NCBI RefSeq assembly: GCF_009914755.1
Contig: NC_060932.1
Strand: one strand, 5' to 3'
From: the human T2T-CHM13v2.0 reference genome, Homo sapiens
DNA: 64,000 nucleotides
Shown: positions 57,871-64,000 of the stretch, piece after piece
Position numbering within the stretch: position 1 is the first letter of the stretch
How the letters are laid out: every line of letters starts with the position of its first letter
Notes under the pieces: generated by a model
Database searches by the model: none
Told to the model about the DNA's origin: nothing
The model's input: only the letters and a program-made list of their open reading frames with translations
Position numbers and translations under genes: made by a program

Positions 57871-57942
57871 AGGAGAGGTGGACCCAGTGGGAGGAGAGGT
57901 GGACCTAGGAGGAGGAGAGGCGGACCCAGGAGGAGGAGAGGT
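57871..57942 (+). repeat. Short minisatellite, ~20-21-bp unit 'aggagaggtggacc(c/t)agg' x ~3.5
   Basis: Direct inspection of tandem units. Confidence 0.75.
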
Positions 57943-58957
57943 TGAATGAACTCTTTCTAACCTGTGATGGGGGCTCCAGTGTTGCAATGGGCGGTGCACT
58001 GGGGGCTGTCATTTGCACCTAAAATTATAAGGAGGGATACTGTAATTATGCAAAAAGGTATTTTCACTTATTAGTTTACATTTTTAATCAGTTTTGTTTA
58101 GAATTTTAAAATGTTAAACATCTTTATACATTCATTCAAGGATCAACATCCAGACTTAAGAGTATTCCTAACTTCACTTTGGCGTCTTTAAGATGGTCTT
58201 CTGTGTAGTAGATGCTAGCAAGGAAGGAATTGGTGCTCCCATCTGTAGGCAGCCAAACTGGAAGAGTTTGACACAGCATTCAGCTGAAACATGCTGCTTT
58301 TATTCTGTCAGGAAAATAGAACAACATCACCCTCAGCCAGGAAACTTAATACTCACTGCAAGAGAGGACAGGACCTCTGTCATGCTTATCTATGGCTTAT
58401 GTTATAAGAGTTAACATTTTTTAAAAATTTGATGCAGCATGAAGACATTATTAAGATCTAGTGTAAAACAGTGCAAAGCTGAAACTGGAGAAGATTGAGG
58501 AAACTAAAGGTATTTATGGAAGGTCACTTCTGCCTTTATTTTTAAATACTTTGTGAAATTTCTTTCTCCTCTAAGGAAACATTGAAGAAAATAATCCTCA
58601 TACTTCAATGATAAAGACATATCAGATGTTGAAGAAAATGTTGCTACCACAAAGGCTGGCACCATTATTTTGTATTTTACATTCTCCTTAATTTCTCTCA
58701 CTTTCCCCCACTAAAGAATACATTACATCATCTCCATATTATAGGGCTGCAGGAAGCTATAGATTTCTCTGCAAAGTTTTTGAAACTGTGGAAATAGCCA
58801 TACTCATAAATTGATGATGCTTAAAATGATCATGAGCTGTAAAATCTTACTCTAATGATTCTGAGCATATAAATGAGAGCAGAATTTGTTCTAAGCCAGT
58901 TATTGCTCTACTGGCATTTCACCAGTGGGGCTGTTGGATTCTGTGACTATATATGAT

Positions 58958-59089
58958 TGGTTACATGTGTGAAATAAGTTAACAGTATTTTTTTTATCCA
59001 GTCAACCTCTAGATAGTCTTGCATGGTTACATGTGTGAAATAAGTTAACAGTATTTTTTTTATCCAGTCAACCTCTAGATAGTCTTGCA
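58958..59089 (+). repeat. Perfect 66-bp tandem duplication
   Basis: 58958-59023 is identical to 59024-59089, including the internal T8 run. Confidence 0.95.
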
Positions 59090-59354
59090 AATAGTAATAC
59101 TGACTTTTATCAAAATAACACATTGTGAATAATTCTGATTTGAAATGTGATGGGGACCTGAAATCTAGAAAATTTAAGAATAATGTGGGAAACTTGACAT
59201 GTATGCATGAAGATATCTATATCTTCACCTATGGAGATTTTGATTTAGTAGGTCTAGGTGGAAATCTGAGAATCTGCATTTTTAAAAGATTAGCAGATGT
59301 TTCTGTTATTAACCAGGCTTGACAACCACTGAAGTATTGTCTGTCATCTGTCAT

Positions 59355-59690
59355 CTTCCTCCTTCTCTCCCTCCATCCCTTCTTCCCCCTTCCCTCCCTC
59401 CTTCCCTTCCCCTTCCCTCCTTCCCTTCCTTCCCTTCCCTTCCTTCCCTTCCTTCCCTTCCCTTCCTTCCCTTCCTTCCCTTCCTTCCCTTCCTTCCCTT
59501 CCTTCCCTTCCTTCCCTTCCCTTCCTTCCCTTCCTTCCCTTCCCCTCCCTTCCCTTCCCTTCCCTCCCCTCCCCTCGCTTCCCCTCCCCTCTCCTCTCCT
59601 CTCCTTTCCCTCCCTCCCTCCCTTCCTTCCTTCCTTCCTTCCTTCCTTCCTTCCTTCCTTCCTTCCTTTCCTTCCTTTCTCACTCTCTCT
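59355..59690 (+). repeat. Polypyrimidine/polypurine compound microsatellite (CCTTC/CCTT/CCCCT)n
   Basis: ~335 bp almost entirely C/T on the + strand. Confidence 0.95.
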
Positions 59691-60119
59691 CAATCTATGG
59701 ATCTACATAGATATAGGGATTGCATCTCAAACTTGTTCATAAATTTCTAGTTTACAAAATGTATTCTGAGGTAATTACATGAACCTCACAATATCTATTG
59801 AGGCAAGCAGGGAAATTTAAGGACAAGGACTTGAAGCTCAAAGAGGTCCTCAAGCTGAAGGTCTCTTGGTTGATAGGAATAGAATTCAAATCCATATTCT
59901 TTTGTTTCAGACCTCTTTTCCTGTATCATGAGGGGCTACAGTAAATTCTTGCCGACAGTTTAATGCTGTCTTTCTCCTTCAAGAAGATGCAAACCCAACC
60001 TCCTGAGACTGGGGATGGGAGGAAACAGAAGAAGCCACCACATTCTCCATTTCACAGAATAACCCAGTAGCCTAACCATTCAGTGAGGTGAGAACCAAGA
60101 ATATATAGTAGTTATGTTT

Positions 60120-61050
60120 AGACAAGGGGTTCTTGACCTGGTGGTGGGCAGGGCTCAACAATCCTAGAAGATACATATATAGGCTGTATATAGAGTGAGA
60201 GAGAGTCTGTGAGCCTTCCAAAATTATATGTAAAATTTTGTATTTACATGTGGTTGAAACATCAGATATTTTTGGTACTCTAGTATGCTGAATTCTACAT
60301 TATTTTAGTAATAGCATCATCCTGGTTTTCTCTGGGAGCATAGCTTCTTCCTCATTGAATCCACTCTGGGAAGCTATTCACAAAGGTGCCTGTGCTTCAG
60401 TAGCCTGTGTCTAGGCATATGACCCACGCTAAGCGAATTGAACAGCCACCATTTGGAATTTAAATCATGAATCAAGTGATACAAGAATGAAATCAGTTGG
60501 AGTTTATTCATCCCAGCAGAGATGATCTGAGCATCCTATGACCAAAACCCTTTAGAATTACATAATTCTTTTTTTTTCCAGTCTGTTAGCCTCTTCTTTG
60601 TATTTGTGAACTTCTCTGTGTGAGTCAGAGTTCTCCAGAAAATGAGGGAGATTTTAAGGAACTGACTCACATGAATGTGGGCGGAGTCTGGCAAGTCCAA
60701 AATCTGCAGGATAGGTCAGCAGGCTGGAGACCCAAGAAAGAGTTGATGCTGCAGTCCAAGTCTGAAAGCAGTCTGCTGGCAAGTTCTCTCCATCTCTCTC
60801 TCTCTCTCTCCCCACCCCCGCAAATATCTAGGTACCATGGTGTAAAATAGTTGACACGTAAAATTAACTATCACATCTCTCATTTGCTTCCATAAATTAT
60901 TTTTGCTTGTGGAAGCCAAAGATGGTTCTGTGGTTTGCAACCAAAACAGCTCTAGAGAATGTGTACATTTTTCTGGGAAGAAAGTACAAATTTTTATTAG
61001 ATCTTCAATTCAGTCAGTGACCCAAAGAATGTTAAGCCTCACTGGCCTAG
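60120..61050. mobile_element. Nested fossils: hAT-type element split by an MLT1-type LTR (~60250-60955), itself split by an MLT2-type LTR (~60619-60875)
   Basis: MLT2 motifs 'gtcagagttctccagaa...ggaactgactcac...gttgacacgtaaaattaactatcaca'; MLT1-like end 'ttctgtggtttgcaaccaaa'; Charlie-like halves on both sides. Confidence 0.5.
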
Positions 61051-61339
61051 AGCAACTGGGAAGGAATTTGGTAGGAAGTGGCAGTGGGCAAACAGCCAGA
61101 GTGCGCTATCTTTAGAATTTGAATGATGGTAGCAATGTCCCACAATACCCCTTCGTGATTCTTCACTGCATCTCCATTTTAGGGATGATGTTGACAGCCC
61201 AGTTTACATGAAAGTGGACCAGCCCTTTGCAGAGTCATTTTTTCTCTTCATATCTCTTGTTGGCATCTGAATGAATCTACTCCCCTTCCTTGCATAAGAA
61301 ATGTTTAATTAAACAAGTCTTTCTCCAGATGTAATTATG

Positions 61340-62810
61340 GGTCCAACCATATTAGAATCACCTAGGGTGCACATGAAAAATCCATATTCCTGTACCTTTC
61401 CTCTTGCTACCATAGACGAACTCGACTTGTTTCAATGTAAGGCAGTTCTTCCACTTGTGTACTCAGTCCTATCACCTCTAATTCACTCGAGGACTTTGCA
61501 TCACAATTACCCTCCCTTCAAGCCCACTCCCATCTCCTGCATCATTAAATTCTCTCTATTGGATCATTCCCTTCAGTACACAAACATACTGTATTATTCC
61601 TAGTTTTAAAACAACTCTCTAGACCCTTTATTCCCATGTAGCTACTGCCCATATCTCTGCTTCCCTTTTAGCAAAACCTCTTGAAAAAACTCTATATACT
61701 TGTCTCTTACTTTGCTTTCTTGCTCCAGCCAACTTTAATCAGGCTTTTGTTCCCACTACTCCAAGAAGCTGATCTTTTCGATTACTAAGGTTACTAACAG
61801 CCTCAGTTTTGTCAAACCTAATGGCCAATTCTCAATTTCCCAGCAGCCTTTTACCCAGTTGATCGCTTTCTGATTCTTGGAAGATTCTCTTCACTTGTCT
61901 TCAGAGACAGCACACTGACTTGGATTTTTTCCTACTGCAGTAGCTTATTTTTCCTTGATTTCCCCCTTTCCTTATCTGTAAATTTTGAAGAACTGAAGGG
62001 CTAGTTTCTCTGCTTTCATAATCTATTCTCACTTCCTAGGTGAACTTTTGCACTGAGTCCCCCGGTCTTTCCCCATGAATGCCAATCTTTCATATTCAAT
62101 TGCCTCCTCAGCATTTCCACTTGAATATCTAATATGCATTTCAAACTTAACTCTTGTATCCATGGCTTTTGAAAAATATGCTCCTTCCTTAGGGCACCCC
62201 AATTCAGTCAGTGGCACCACTATGTATTTAATTGCTCATATCTGAACCTCAAGAGTCATCCTTGACCTTTTTCTTTCTTTTTACACACCCCACAGCCAAT
62301 CCATCAACAAATCCTATTGGCTTATATTTTACAACATTTAAGATCTAGTAACTTTTCATCTCCTGGATGGTCTCCCTGCTCCTGATAGCCTGCTCTATCA
62401 ATTTTCCATGTAATAACCAGAGTGATAATTTCAAAAGTATATCATATCACATAAGCTACTACTCAAAATCTTTCAGTAGTTTCCATCATACTCAAAATGC
62501 AATTCTAACTCCTTACCATTGTCTGTGCTGCCCTGTGAGCTGCTCTGAGCCTCTGTCTGACCTCATCTTCAACCACATTTCTCATTCACCTTGTGCTATT
62601 CTTATGGGCCTTCTTGCTGTTCCTGGAACATGTCAAGATTTTTCCAAATTCAGAGACTCTCTACCCTTACTGCTCCTTCTATCGGGAATGTGATTCCCCT
62701 CAGATCTTCAAGTCTAATTCAGGTTTTTCATCCAGTGTTAGCTCTCAGAGAGGCCTTCCCTGATTATGCTGTCTAAATTAGTCTCCCCAGCCTCCTAGCA
62801 TCCCAGTAGT
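61340..62810 (+). mobile_element. L2 LINE fragment
   Basis: 'ccacttgaatatctaatatgcatttcaaacttaac', 'agagtcatccttgac', 'ctcagagaggccttccctga'. Confidence 0.72.
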
Positions 62811-63546
62811 GTTCTATTTCTTAACCTGAGTGGTGGTTACAGACATTGTGACTTTATAAAAATATGACATATTATAAAATGTATGGTTTTTAATTTATAG
62901 TATATTTCATAGTAAAAAAAATTTTAAACAGAGGTGAAGCAACTATTAATGAAATTATTTTTAAAATTTCCCTGGAATTGAAGGTCATGAATTTTGAGAC
63001 TGATGGGTGAAAAAAGACCAAGGTCAAGGCACACTGATCAGGCCACAATGTGGAGACTGGAATGGAGTGGATGTCGGGAGACAAGAGAGGAGATTTTTGA
63101 TGGATGTGGGGAGATGTGATAGGAGTGGTTCAGAAGACAGGTGACAGAAGCTTGGACCAAGTTTTTCAAAATGGAGATGCTTTCTGGGCTTTTCTGATCT
63201 TCAGCAATCTCTTAATTCCTGTCTTGTTGACTCTCACTCTGCTTTTTCCACTGCAATCATTCAAAAGTTTTCTTTCACCCCAGGATTCCCAGGCTTCTTT
63301 CTGGTTTCTAGCATCTCCTTAGGACAAGGCCTTCTACTGGAGTGAAAAAGCCAAGGTCATCTGACATAAACTTGGTTCTATCTCTTCACTTTAAGATTTC
63401 TCTATCTCTACTCCTTCTTTGCTGTTTCTATCCTGTTTCTGATATAAAATTTCTTTGCTTTTATTTGCCAAGAAATATTTTCACTCTTGATTCCATTTAT
63501 TTCCCACCATCCCTTAAACCAAACTTGAATATTATTCTATCCCTGC

Positions 63547-63931
63547 TGATATGGTTTGGATCTGTGTCCCTACCCAAATCTCATGTTGAGTTGTAATCCC
63601 CAATGTTGGAGGTGGGGCCTTGTGGGAGGTGATTGGATCATGAGGGTGGATTGCCCCCGTTGGTGCTATTCTCGTGACAGAATTCTCATGAGATCCAGTT
63701 GATTAAAAGTGTGTGGCACCACCTCCTTCCTCCTGCTCCAGCCATGTAAGATGTGCCTGTTTCCCCTTTGCCTTATGCAGTGATTGTAAGTTTCCTGAGG
63801 CCTCCCCAGAAGCAGAAGCTGCTAGGCTTCCTGTGCAGCCTGTGGAACCATGAGCCAGTTAAACCTCTTTTCTTTATAAATTACCCAGTCTCAGGTATTT
63901 CTTTACAGCAGTGTGAGAATGGACTACTATA
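63547..63931 (+). mobile_element. MaLR solo LTR (MSTA/B-like)
   Basis: 'tgatatggtttggatctgtgtccc...ttaaacctcttttctttataaattacccagtctcagg'. Confidence 0.87.
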
Positions 63932-64000
63932 CCTACCTAGCTTTTCTTCATAGTATTTATCACAACCTGAAATTATATTAGTTGTTTATTTAACGCCTGC

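Noticed and set aside
59229-59750. G/K/E/R-rich and P/F/L/S-rich ORFs of 110-154 aa
   Set aside because: Translations of the CCTT microsatellite

Overview
Primate (almost certainly human) genomic DNA. The only protein-coding sequence is the first coding exon of LRP12 (minus strand, CDS 6342-6264, signal peptide MACRWSTKESPRWRSALLLLFLAGVY-G, GTAAGT donor). It sits in a CpG island (~5550-7330) with a non-expanded (CGG)10(CGT)2 5'UTR repeat, the locus whose expansion causes oculopharyngodistal myopathy type 1. Positions 1-6263 are LRP12 intron 1. The ~57 kb upstream is gene-poor and mostly transposon fossils: two solo LTR12, a near full-length old L1 with nested THE1, Alu and MER1A, a twin-primed inverted L1, a young L1PA2-like fragment, and Alu, L2, MIR, MLT, MST and MER elements. 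I cannot support a new multi-gene system. The best leads are: (i) the reading frames around the CGG/CCG repeat, including an AUG-initiated antisense poly-Ala ORF with an Arg-rich N-terminus; (ii) a co-oriented LTR12 1.1 kb upstream that could expose an in-frame upstream AUG; (iii) local templated-insertion scars at 37351-37533 and 41223-41430 plus a perfect 66-bp tandem duplication. Repeat subfamily names are from recognition of consensus motifs, not from a search.
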